The notes under the pieces were generated by a model. It had not been told where the DNA came from. It did no database searches and saw nothing but the letters and a program-made list of their open reading frames with translations. A DNA stretch of 64,000 nucleotides from positions 92,482,397-92,546,396 of the forward strand of contig CM097887.1 of NCBI GenBank assembly GCA_044892525.1, in the 5' to 3' direction. Every line of letters starts with the position of its first letter. Positions within the stretch are counted from its first letter, which is position 1. The DNA is from Schmidtea polychroa (Eukaryota). A program made the translations under genes and the position numbers. Positions 52,949 to 62,675 of this stretch are shown here, in pieces.

Positions 52949-55900
52949 TTAGTATTTTAATTTTAACTCCTCACATCCCCCTTTTTTAAAATGTTTGATC
53001 TTCTCAACATTTCTGACTACCATCTTCCCATTTTGATCTTTAAGTAAGTAGCTCCGTTCATGTATTTTCTTTATCACTTTGTACGGCCCTTCCCACCTTG
53101 CATCGTCTTTATTTCGAATTTCTTGTTTGATCAAAACCACATCTTCTATTTCAAAATCTCTCACTGTTTTGCTTATTTTTGGTTTTAGTGTTTTATCCTC
53201 TATTCTCTTTTCCATATCTTCTCTATTTATTTCTTTATTCGAGTACCATTTCATTCTGTCGATTTTCCTCCCAAATATAATCTCTGCTGGGCTTACTCCC
53301 GTTGTTTTTTGAACTGTTGCATTTAAAGTATATTCTATTTCTGGCACTATATCAGCCCAGTTTTTCCTTCCTCCTTCATTCAATGACGCGTTAATATACT
53401 CTCTGATTGTTCTGAATTGTCTTTCAATAATACCATTCGTGTTATGGTGATATGGGCTTGAGAAAATTAATTCAATGCCAGCTGCCTTTGCTAGTTCTTT
53501 TATACTTCTTGCTTCAAAGTTCTTCCCACAATCTACATGAAGTTCTTTTGGAGCTCCAAACTTTAATATCCATTTATTTAATAACGTCTCACTAATTGTT
53601 TTTTCGTCTTGCTTGTTTATGGCCGTTAATGAGATGTATTTACTATAGTGGTCAATGATTCCGCAAATATATTTCTTTTTGTTGAACGTTTCTTTCAATG
53701 GCCCACATATATCCATATATATCTTCTCGAATGGTTCTGTACTCTTTATTGTTTGAGTTTCCTCCTTTGTCTTGGTTGTTATCGTTTTCATTTTCTGACA
53801 TCTTTCGCAGTTCTCAATTACCTTTTTTACTTCCGTTGCTAAATTTTCCATGTCGCAGTTATTCTGGATATATTTCGTTACTTTCTGTGCACCTGCATGG
53901 CACAGCAATACGTGTACTTCTTTTATCATCCTCTGTCTATTATCTGACGGTATCCATATTTTACCTTGCTTAGTTAGTACCGTGTTGTTTTCCATTATGA
54001 ACTTACAATCTTTATTTTCTAACTTATTCTTTATTTCTTGGACCTCCATATTGTCATTTTGCCACTTGTTATATCCGCCTTCTGCTGTTACTGTTAATAT
54101 TCTGGTTTTAATTTTGCCGGTTTTTGGGTCTTCGTGTTCCATCATACACTGTACACATGTTCCGCATGTTTTCCTGGATAGCATATCCGCGTTTGTATGG
54201 CTTGTTCCTTTCCTGTATTCCATTTTAATATCCAGGCTGCTTAAATAGTTGATCCATGTCTGGAATTGAGCAGTTATTGGTTTCTTCGTTGTTACCATAA
54301 ACGTAATAGCTTTATGGTCCGTTCTCAGTACGAATCTCTTACCATATAAGTAATGGTTGAAATGTTTACAAAAATAGTATATTGCCAATAATTCTTTTCT
54401 GGTAATGCAGTATCCTTTTTCATGGCTGCTCATCGCATGTGAACCATATGCAATGACATGTTCATGTCCTTTTTCATCCTTTTGCGAAAGAACTGCTCCA
54501 ATAGTATCGAAGCTCGCGTCTGTGTCTAATATAAATTCTTTTCTGAAATCTGGAAATACCAATACTGGGGCGGTTATCAATGCTTCTTTCATTTCCCCGA
54601 AAGCCTTTTCACACATCTCTGTCCATCTTATTTTCTCATTGTTTTTTCCGCATATGCTTTCTAGTGCTCTTGCCTTCTTTGCATAGTCTTTTATGAACCG
54701 TCGATAATAGTTACAGATACCCAGAAAGCTCCTCAGATTCTTTACACATTTTGGCTTTTGAAATGATTGTATTGCTTCTATCTTAGTATTATCTGTTTGT
54801 ATGCCGTCTTTATTTATTATGTGTCCCAGAAACTTCACTTCTTTTCTAAATATTTGACATTTTTCGGGGTTCAATCTTAGTCCTGCTGTTGCGATCTCCC
54901 CTAGGACTTTTTCAAATATGTTATAATGGTCTTCTTCTGTCTTTGTGAATATTAGGATGTCGTCTAAATATACCATCACTCCATCTTTCCACAAATCTTT
55001 CAATACTTTCGTCATTAATTCTTGAAATGTTCCTGGTGCCGCTGCAATACCGAACGGCATCCTGTTAAAACAGAACTGTCCTTCTTTTGTTGAGAATGCT
55101 GTTTTCTCTTGAGATTCTTTATCTAACTTCACTTGGTAATAAGCATTTTCCAAGTCGATTGAGCTAAAATATCTGGATCCGTGTAGGATGTCTAAAATTT
55201 CATCTACATTTGGCATTGGAAATGCTTGTCTTTCTGTTATCTTGTTTAATTGTCTGAAGTCTAGACAAAGCCTGATGTCTTTTTTCTCTTTCTTCCATAC
55301 ACAAACTAAAGGTGTGTTCCACGGTGAATTACACTTCCTAATTATTCCGTTGTTTTCTAGATTTTTTATTGCTTCCTCAATCTTGTCTTCCAAATTTATT
55401 GGCTGACGTCTCGGTTTAATCATTATTGGCTTTCCTTTCGTGATGATCTTATGTTTTATCAGATTGGTACACCCAATGTCCCATTTATCTGCCATAAAAA
55501 CATTCTTGTTTGCCTGAAATATTTCTAACAGTCTCTTATTTCCGGTAACCTTTAAAACGTCGATGGCATGACGTAATCTTTCTTCATCTGTTATAATCCG
55601 CCCAAATCTAGCTTCTATTTCGCAAATGAAATCACTACGTTTTTCATGTTCTTCTATTATACATTTCAATTCTATACCAAATAACCTTTGTAGTTCTACT
55701 CCTCCAATAATTTCTGGTATTAAATTCTTTACTATAATGAATGTTAAATTTCTTTCAATACTGCCCATTTTAACATTGATGCTTATTTTACCCATAGTTT
55801 CTAATCTACTGTTGTTTGCACATCTTAGCGATTCCCTTGTTTCTAATATTTCGATATTTTCTAATCGATCAATTACAGATTTAGCCATCACATTAATTCG

Positions 55901-56293
55901 CGCTCCTGTATCCGATAAACAATCTACTTTCCGCCCTTGGATATCCAGTGTTGTACTCGGTCTACCTTGCATTATATTATATGTTATTACTGGACTTTTT
56001 TGTTCTTCTACTGACAAAATATTCTGTTCTCTAGTATCTTCTACAATTTCATTAATACACACGTCTCCATTTTTCTTGAGGAATTTGTAAATTTTCTCTA
56101 TAGTTCTTTCCTCGTGTTTTACTAATTCATTTACTTTACACTCCTCTTTAAATTTTTTCTGAATTTCCTTATCATTCGACTTTTTGATTTCTACACTACT
56201 ATTATTATTAATATCACGTTCAAAAACACTGCAATCTTTATCAATCATACAATCATCATACATACTTAAATTACACATACCGTTAGCATTCAT
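52949..56293 (-). CDS. Pol polyprotein (protease-RT-RNase H-integrase), open; reached by -1 frameshift from gag
   Basis: DTG protease, YLDD RT, LDTDAS RNase H, H-H-C-C and DDE integrase, GPY motif; Ty3 domain order. Confidence 0.96.
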   Translation of the reverse strand: MNANGMCNLSMYDDCMIDKDCSVFERDINNNSSVEIKKSNDKEIQKKFKEECKVNELVKHEERTIEKIYKFLKKNGDVCINEIVEDTREQNILSVEEQKSPVITYNIMQGRPSTTLDIQGRKVDCLSDTGARINVMAKSVIDRLENIEILETRESLRCANNSRLETMGKISINVKMGSIERNLTFIIVKNLIPEIIGGVELQRLFGIELKCIIEEHEKRSDFICEIEARFGRIITDEERLRHAIDVLKVTGNKRLLEIFQANKNVFMADKWDIGCTNLIKHKIITKGKPIMIKPRRQPINLEDKIEEAIKNLENNGIIRKCNSPWNTPLVCVWKKEKKDIRLCLDFRQLNKITERQAFPMPNVDEILDILHGSRYFSSIDLENAYYQVKLDKESQEKTAFSTKEGQFCFNRMPFGIAAAPGTFQELMTKVLKDLWKDGVMVYLDDILIFTKTEEDHYNIFEKVLGEIATAGLRLNPEKCQIFRKEVKFLGHIINKDGIQTDNTKIEAIQSFQKPKCVKNLRSFLGICNYYRRFIKDYAKKARALESICGKNNEKIRWTEMCEKAFGEMKEALITAPVLVFPDFRKEFILDTDASFDTIGAVLSQKDEKGHEHVIAYGSHAMSSHEKGYCITRKELLAIYYFCKHFNHYLYGKRFVLRTDHKAITFMVTTKKPITAQFQTWINYLSSLDIKMEYRKGTSHTNADMLSRKTCGTCVQCMMEHEDPKTGKIKTRILTVTAEGGYNKWQNDNMEVQEIKNKLENKDCKFIMENNTVLTKQGKIWIPSDNRQRMIKEVHVLLCHAGAQKVTKYIQNNCDMENLATEVKKVIENCERCQKMKTITTKTKEETQTIKSTEPFEKIYMDICGPLKETFNKKKYICGIIDHYSKYISLTAINKQDEKTISETLLNKWILKFGAPKELHVDCGKNFEARSIKELAKAAGIELIFSSPYHHNTNGIIERQFRTIREYINASLNEGGRKNWADIVPEIEYTLNATVQKTTGVSPAEIIFGRKIDRMKWYSNKEINREDMEKRIEDKTLKPKISKTVRDFEIEDVVLIKQEIRNKDDARWEGPYKVIKKIHERSYLLKDQNGKMVVRNVEKIKHFKKGGCEELKLKY

Positions 56294-56316
56294 TCTTTGG
56301 TTGAAATCAATATTAC

Positions 56317-57428
56317 TTAGTAAATTGCTCCGATCAATGTCCCGTTTGACGGAGCGTGCTCGTTTGGGTCATTCTCCCTGTTATACTCGTCTGGCTGGCT
56401 TGACTGTTTTGTATTCATCATCTCATCATCAGACTCGATAGCTGCAATATCTTTTCTGTTATATTGTTGATTTCCCCATTGTCTTTGATGTACGTTCCTT
56501 GATCTTCCCTTTGTTGATAGGTATTTCTTTGAATTCTTCCTCCTGACATCTTCCTTTGGTCTCGATCTCTTCCTTGATTTCGTCTTTCCATATTTGTGTA
56601 GCACTCTCTTTCTTTGTGTCCTCGTGCATTGCATCTATGACATTTGATTGTTGGGCATTCTCTTCGTATGTGACCTTCAACACCACATGCATAACATTGA
56701 AATCTTCTTTTTATATTACATTCTCTGCTACTGTGTCCCGGTTTTTGACACGTCCAGCATTCTATCACTTTAATTCTTGTCTCTGGTTTCCATTCGTTGA
56801 TTTTTCTCTTCGTGGCTCCAACTTGTACTACATCTCTATAAGTTCTTCCCCCAGTTGTAGGTCGTATTGATCTCACCGTGTTTACTTGTTCAATAACCTT
56901 GTTAACTTTTTCTATCTTCTTTATAGTTTCTTTAATTTGTTCCGCCGTTTTGAGATCTTTCATTTCGATTTCTTTCCTGACTTCTTTATCTTTTACACAA
57001 TGTGTCAATAAAAATTTCTGAATTTCTTCCTCATTCCAAGTGTGTGAGGCCAATTTTTTAGTCATTTTTGATATTTTCTCTATAAATATTTCCGCTGATT
57101 CGTTACCTTGCTCGTAGTTCAAGGCTTCTCTTAAGTCATCAATCAATGACGTTGGTCGATGAAAAGCTGCTCTTAATTTCTGTTCAACGGTTTTACCTTC
57201 TGCGGTTTCATATTCTTCAATCAAAGTCCTGTCCAGAAGTGTAATAACTAGTACCATTTGGGTCTTCACTGGTGTCTTCGTTATTTCAAAGAACCTCTGA
57301 CATTCTTTGATAAATAATTCGAGGTCATCTCCTCTGTGGAATTTTTCTGGAAGTAATCTTCCAATAAGCAGATCCGTTGGAATGGTCGCCATGTTAGAAG
57401 CTATAACATTTAATTCTTCTGTCATCAA
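56317..57428 (-). CDS. Gag with CCHC zinc knuckles; 1-nt frameshift near 56515
   Basis: CWTCQKPGHSSREC, CYACGVEGHIRREC, CHRCNARGHKEREC; the natural C-terminus continues in frame 56317-56634. Confidence 0.9.
56327..56368 (-). other. -1 programmed ribosomal frameshift signal
   Basis: C CCA AAC heptamer (56368-62) in gag frame, 6-nt spacer, stem GCTCCGTCAA/TTGA(T)CGGAGC with 8-nt loop; the pol frame opens exactly at the heptamer. Confidence 0.8.
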
Positions 57429-57707
57429 AATAAATTACTAAGACTATTAAATCCAAAATTATATTTCATTAAATCTGATTATATAAACAAATATTCTTGG
57501 GACATTTTCTAAATTTTAATTTCAACCAAATATCAACATACCATCGCATTCATACTTGAATTTCAATTTTATTAAAAATTATTTTATTTTAAAATTTCAA
57601 TTATCATTTCAATTTTAATATCTTAAAATAATTTAAGTTTCAATTAAAATTTTACAAATTTTAATCATGAACTAATTTAATTTAGTATTTTAATTTTAAC
57701 TCCTCAC

Positions 57708-57786
<79 letters not shown>

Positions 57787-58412
57787 TAGTTCAGTGACAA
57801 ATTATATAACTTTTGATATATCAAGTTTCATAATTTTTAAATAAACAAAAACGAAATAACAAAACTTTTCCCAAATGTTATTAGTTTGAGGAATAACTTG
57901 ACGATAATTATTTAATTACAATATGGTCTGTTGCCTCTGATTAACAATTACCTTGAAAATTGGTTATATTGTTTTTATTCTCAATGAGTTCTCACGGAAC
58001 CGACGTAAAATAACAGGAAATAGCTTTCATTTTACCAGGAACCTTCGTTAGTCATTATTGTTATTATTCCTCATTGAGTTTCCTTCTAATGTTTTCGCAA
58101 ACATTTTGACTATTTTAGCTTTAACAAATAAATTCTTTTATTGTCTGAAATTGCTTAATATTACAATTATTTAGACGGTCAAGTTTTTGATTATATCGGT
58201 ATCTTAGTTGAAAGACGTTGAATCTAAATATTAGAAACGAATACAATATAATTGCAAATATAAAAATTTAGTAAACGCAAGGCGACTGCAAAGTAAATTA
58301 CTCGCAAAACAATAATCATTTAGATTAACATATTCATTTAAACAAAAAACATACAATAATATTCAGTATTGATAAAGAATTATAATCATATAATAATGCG
58401 AATTTATTTTAA

Positions 58413-59223
58413 CCTTTATATGGTATTGTGGACATTTTTGTCAAAATTATTTTTTAAATGTAAATAACGCCTGAATACAAACTTAAGTTTGAAAAATTTT
58501 TCAATGTAAATTCTTCTTTTTTTTAAATTAATAATTTGCCGCTTAATTTATTTTATGGTGTCATACAGATTTCTAGGTATAAAAAAATGCACGTTGACCG
58601 TAATGTGGACAAAAATGTCTATAATGAAATTCCTGTTCAAACATGATTTGTTTTTACCTGTTTACAACAAATATATGATTTTTGATTTGACATATGTTTG
58701 CAACAAACATATGTTATTTGTTCTAAATTATTATTTTGTGGGTTTTTTTGTGCATTTATATGCTATTCGTCAAGTAACTTGTACTGACCTTTGCTGCGTC
58801 TAATTAGAATTTGTTATTTACACATTGCATTGATACGATTACGAAGTTTGAGTCTAATATATTATATTTCAACTTATTTTTCTTCAAAAAAAAATCAAAA
58901 TTATGACACATAAAAATCTAACCGATGAAGAAATTCAAGATTTAGTTTTTAGTGGTAGCGAAGCTGATCCATCTGATGATGACCATGTTTTTATTGATAG
59001 CGAGTATTCGAGTTCTGATCAGGAAAGTTTAGGCGATGTAGAGCCAAATAGTTTTTTATCGAAAGATAAGACAGTATTGTGGCATCAAAAACCTGTTAGC
59101 ACCAATTTGGGTCGCAATCGAGCAGAAAATATATTGAATATGACTCCGGGAATTACTAGGTATGCAGCTAGCCGAATCACTGATATAAACAGTGCATCCA
59201 TGATATTTTTTCCGAAAGCTATT
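58413..59223 (+). mobile_element. piggyBac 5' portion, truncated by an LTR insertion
   Basis: TTAA (58409-12) then CCTTTATATGGTATTGTGGACATTTTTGTC, with inverted GTGGACAAAAATGTC at ~58605; ORF 58903-59229 has an acidic N-terminus and W..KP....GR..AENIL..TPG.TRYA (PGBD4-like). Confidence 0.75.
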
Positions 59224-59816
59224 TATTAGCCACAGAGCTGCGGGTATTAATAGAATCCATAACAAAAACACGTTTATTATAAAAACACAAATATTATTAA
59301 AACAAATTATAACGTTAATTTGTTTGAGGAGTTTCTAAAAATAATAATTAATGTATAAGTAAGGATTTCAACATACAATCAAACATGCACAACATCATAC
59401 CATTATTTAAATACAAATTACAAAACGCCTCACACCCCCCCCCCTTTTTGAAAACCTTTAACCACTCAATATTTCTCGTGACGGAACTTCCATTTTCCAA
59501 TTTTATTTCATAACTTCGATCATGAATCTTTTTAGTAATCACACCTGGACCCATGTATCTGTTATCACCTTTATTTCGAACATTTACTTTGATCAATACG
59601 TAATCTCCAATTTGAAATTCGCGATTTGTCGCCTGATTGATTTTTTCTTCTTTCACAATCTCTGAGAACCATTCACTATAAATCTTTTTCCCAAACACCA
59701 TTTCAACTGGAGTCTTCCTAATTGTTTTTTGAAAAGTTGAATTCAACATAAACTGAACTTCGGGAAGAATATCTACCCATGATTTATGTCTTTTATCTTT
59801 GAGTGTTATCTATATT
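59224..59816 (-). mobile_element. 3' part of a second Ty3 family: integrase C-terminus, PPT and 211-bp 3' LTR (59224-59434)
   Basis: SWVDILPEVQFMLNST...TPVEMVFG...YMGPG...VFKKGGGCE; PPT AAAAAGGGGGGGGGG followed by TGTGAGG as in the intact element; coding sequence stops abruptly at 59816. Confidence 0.85.
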
Positions 59817-59927
59817 AGTAGATGGATTGGGCACCGCTGGCACAGGGCACCGCTAGCACAGTACCCCCCCCCCCCCCCCCCGTCGTCATATTTTTCAAAA
59901 ATATGCTAAGTCTAAAAGTACATTTTT

Positions 59928-60549
59928 TTAAACAAAGACATATGACTCATCCAGGTCATTGAAACAAAGACCATGACTCGTAGTATGACTCATCAAATTT
60001 CTCAAGGTCATTTAAACAAAGACCATGACTCATCCTATGACTCATCAAGGTCATTTTCAAGGTCGTATGACGCATAGTATGACTCATCAAGGGCAAAAAT
60101 TTTTTTCAGGGTCATTTAAACAAAGACCATGACTCATCAAGGGCATTTTCAAGGGCATATGACTCATACTATGACTCATATGACCTTGAAAATTTTTCCA
60201 AGGTCATATGACTCAGAGTATGACTCATCAAAAATTTCAAGGTCATTTAAACAAAGACCATGACTCATAATATGACTCATCAAGGTCATTTTCAAGGTCA
60301 TCTGCCTCATCCTATGACTCATCAAGGTCATTTTCAAGGTCATATGAGCTATAGTATGAGTCATATGACCTTGAAAAAATTTTCTCAAGGTCATATGTCT
60401 CATACCATGACTCATCAACAATTTTCAAGGTCATTTTCAAGGTTTTCTGAGTCATGGTATGACTCATCAAGGTCATTTTCAAGGTCGCATGACTCATCCA
60501 AGGTCATTCCCAAGGTCATCTGAGTCATCGCGATGAGTCATCAAGGTCA
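59928..60549. promoter_or_regulatory. Dense modular array of transcription-factor-type sites
   Basis: By eye about 20 TGA(C/G)TCA, about 16 CAAGGTCA and 5 AAACAAAGAC modules in shuffled order and both orientations. Confidence 0.7.
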
Positions 60550-60683
60550 TATTATTATTTTTAAAAAATATTATTATTTTTATTATTATTTTTAAAAATA
60601 TTATTATTTTATTTTTAATTTTTTCAAAGTTCCCGCCAACGAAAATTAATAATCGATAGCTCATTTTAAAGCTCAATCCAAGA

Positions 60684-60831
60684 NNNNNNNNNNNNNNNNN
60701 NNNNNNNNNNNNNNNNNNNNNNNNNNNNNNNNNNNNNNNNNNNNNNNNNNNNNNNNNNNNNNNNNNNNNNNNNNNNNNNNNNNNNNNNNNNNNNNNNNNN
60801 NNNNNNNNNNNNNNNNNNNNNNNNNNNNNNN
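60684..60831. other. Assembly gap (148 N)
   Basis: Run of N. Confidence 1.
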
Positions 60832-60932
60832 CTATATACTCCTAGTCTATCCGACAAAATATTTTTCCCCCTATGGGTAATGCTCACAAAGGTACTGGTC
60901 ACGCTCAACAAATCAACAAAACATACATTTAT

Positions 60933-61430
60933 TTAAACAATAAAATAATGTAAAATTAACAAAGGTAAACTAAATATTGATGTACTATTCGCAGCAATAT
61001 TGTTTGAAATTGGTAACGTAGAATTGATTTTCAGAGATTCTATTGATCCTTTGATTGTTTGAATTTCTCTTAATAATAATTCAATCTTTTTTAACAAATA
61101 ATCATGCTTCTTATCAATTATTTTCATATTCATTTTATTTTCAACAATAGAGTTATTGAAAACCTTAATATGATCAATCAATTCAAATTTTATATTTTGT
61201 ATATATTCAAATGATAGTTCATAACTGTTTTCTAAATTCTCCAATCTTTGAGATATTATTTTTCCTGGATGCTTTGACCATTTTGGTTTGTCGAGAATAT
61301 ATAAAATATCCATCAACTTGGCTGTATTCGGACAAACACATATTGATTTATTAAAAGACTCCACTGTTATTGTTGTATTGTGTGAGCACACACTCGTTAT
61401 AATAATTAGCAATATGAATATAGTTTTCAT
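60933..61430 (-). CDS. 165-aa secreted/surface protein: signal peptide, coiled coil, hydrophobic (GPI-like) tail
   Basis: MKTIFILLIIITSVCS signal; several N-x-S/T sites; heptad region; tail NIAANSTSIFSLPLLILHYFIV; AATAAA at the stop. Confidence 0.75.
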   Translation of the reverse strand: MKTIFILLIIITSVCSHNTTITVESFNKSICVCPNTAKLMDILYILDKPKWSKHPGKIISQRLENLENSYELSFEYIQNIKFELIDHIKVFNNSIVENKMNMKIIDKKHDYLLKKIELLLREIQTIKGSIESLKINSTLPISNNIAANSTSIFSLPLLILHYFIV

Positions 61431-61535
61431 GGTGTATCAAATCAAAACCTTTCTTTTACATTTATAGTCTATCAACCAATCAAAATCATCCGGTATTAGT
61501 ATAAATAAAACATCATATTTTAAATTATTGTAAAA

Positions 61536-62056
61536 ATGTCTCAATTTATGGAAAATCTTTTAAGAGAACTCGTCAACAGGAATATTATGGAAAGCCTATG
61601 TTTCCTGGTCGATCGGACCGAAAAGATTATAGAAGGTAATCACATTGATTATGAAGATGTGATCAATTCTGATTGTCTCGAAACCAAAAAATTCTATTTT
61701 AATAGAATTTTTAACTGTCTATGCGACGATCAGATGAAGTGGACCCGAATACTAGTAGGGTTCGCTTATATGAAAATAATAATCCAAAGAAGTCTATGGG
61801 ACTCAGAGCACTATTATCAGTGGTCTCAAGAAGTAATACTTTTATAATTTATATTTTATTAATATTTATTTTCTAGATAATCAAGTCAAAGTTTCAGCCA
61901 TGGATTGAAGCCAATGGCGGATGGGGAGTACTCAATCAACTCGCCAGAAATGCAAAAGAAATAGACGATCAGAAAAGAAAATTTAAAAACTATGTAAAAC
62001 TTGCAACAGGTGTTGCTATTTTGTATATTTTAACCAGATTTTTAAATAAAAATTAA
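61536..62056 (+). CDS. Bcl-2 family protein, 158 aa, two exons (61536-61832, 61877-62056)
   Basis: 44-nt GT-AG intron, phase 0; BH1-like LCDDQMKWTRILVGFAY; BH2 FQPWIEANGGWGVL; C-terminal anchor LATGVAILYILTRFLNKN*. Confidence 0.88.
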
Positions 62057-62139
62057 TATAGTTATTTTTGTTTGATTTTTAAATAAATTTTTAAATAACA
62101 TTTTAAATAAATTTACAAACACTAATTAACTAAGATTTA

Positions 62140-62549
62140 TTAATTAAGACATTCGCTGTCGTCATCTCCACATTTCATTATATTTTCAACGACATGATCA
62201 ATACAATCATTCGTAATATTATCTTTAGATTCATCTTTAGGTTCCTCTATAGGTTCCTCTATAGGTTCCTCTATAGGTTCCTCTATAGGTTCATCTATAG
62301 GTTCATAGATTTCCTCATCAATTTCTTGAGTATCGGTTTCTTGAGTTTCTTCCTCATCATCAAATCCTGTATCTTGACTCTCAACTAACCAGCCGATATT
62401 TAAGGCATTTGTAATAGATAATATGTCCTCAATTTTCACACCAGATATTTCTGCTAACTTTTCCAACAAAAAGTTGATTAAAAATTCTAAATAATAAATA
62501 ATTCGGTAATTAATTAATCATGTTAACCTTTTTCTGTAGTCATTTTCAT
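62140..62549 (-). CDS. 122-aa acidic protein with EEPI repeats, two exons (62549-62528, 62486-62140)
   Basis: The listed ORF has no ATG; a 41-nt GT-AG intron joins MKMTTEK|EFLINFLLEKL in frame; 12-bp tandem repeat ATAGAGGAACCT. Confidence 0.72.
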
Positions 62550-62675
62550 CACTTTAAAACTATATTATAATTTTGTTTATAGATTTTCTTTGTTAAATTT
62601 GCATGTCATTTGCATTTATGTTGCAATTAATAAAGAGAAAAACAAATCTGACTAATGCATTTATTAAATATAACA

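Larger units (their letters stand above)
52659..57708 (-). mobile_element. Full-length Ty3/Gypsy LTR retrotransposon, 5050 bp
   Basis: 317-bp LTRs (57392-57708, 52659-52975), TG...CA, no difference seen by eye; 5-bp TSD ATAAT; PBS TGGCGACC; PPT AAAAAGGGGGA. Confidence 0.97.

Noticed and set aside
53079-56870. Plus-strand ORFs inside the Ty3 element (possible antisense or env gene)
   Set aside because: Shadows of the long gag/pol frames, with no domain signal.
59928-60549. Repeat array as a CRISPR array or coding repeat (ORFs 60176-60676)
   Set aside because: No constant repeat with unique spacers and no cas genes in a eukaryotic context; the ORFs on both strands are by-products of stop-poor motifs.
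60666-60911. ORF spanning the N gap
   Set aside because: No ATG, an upstream in-frame stop, and its length is an artefact of Ns.
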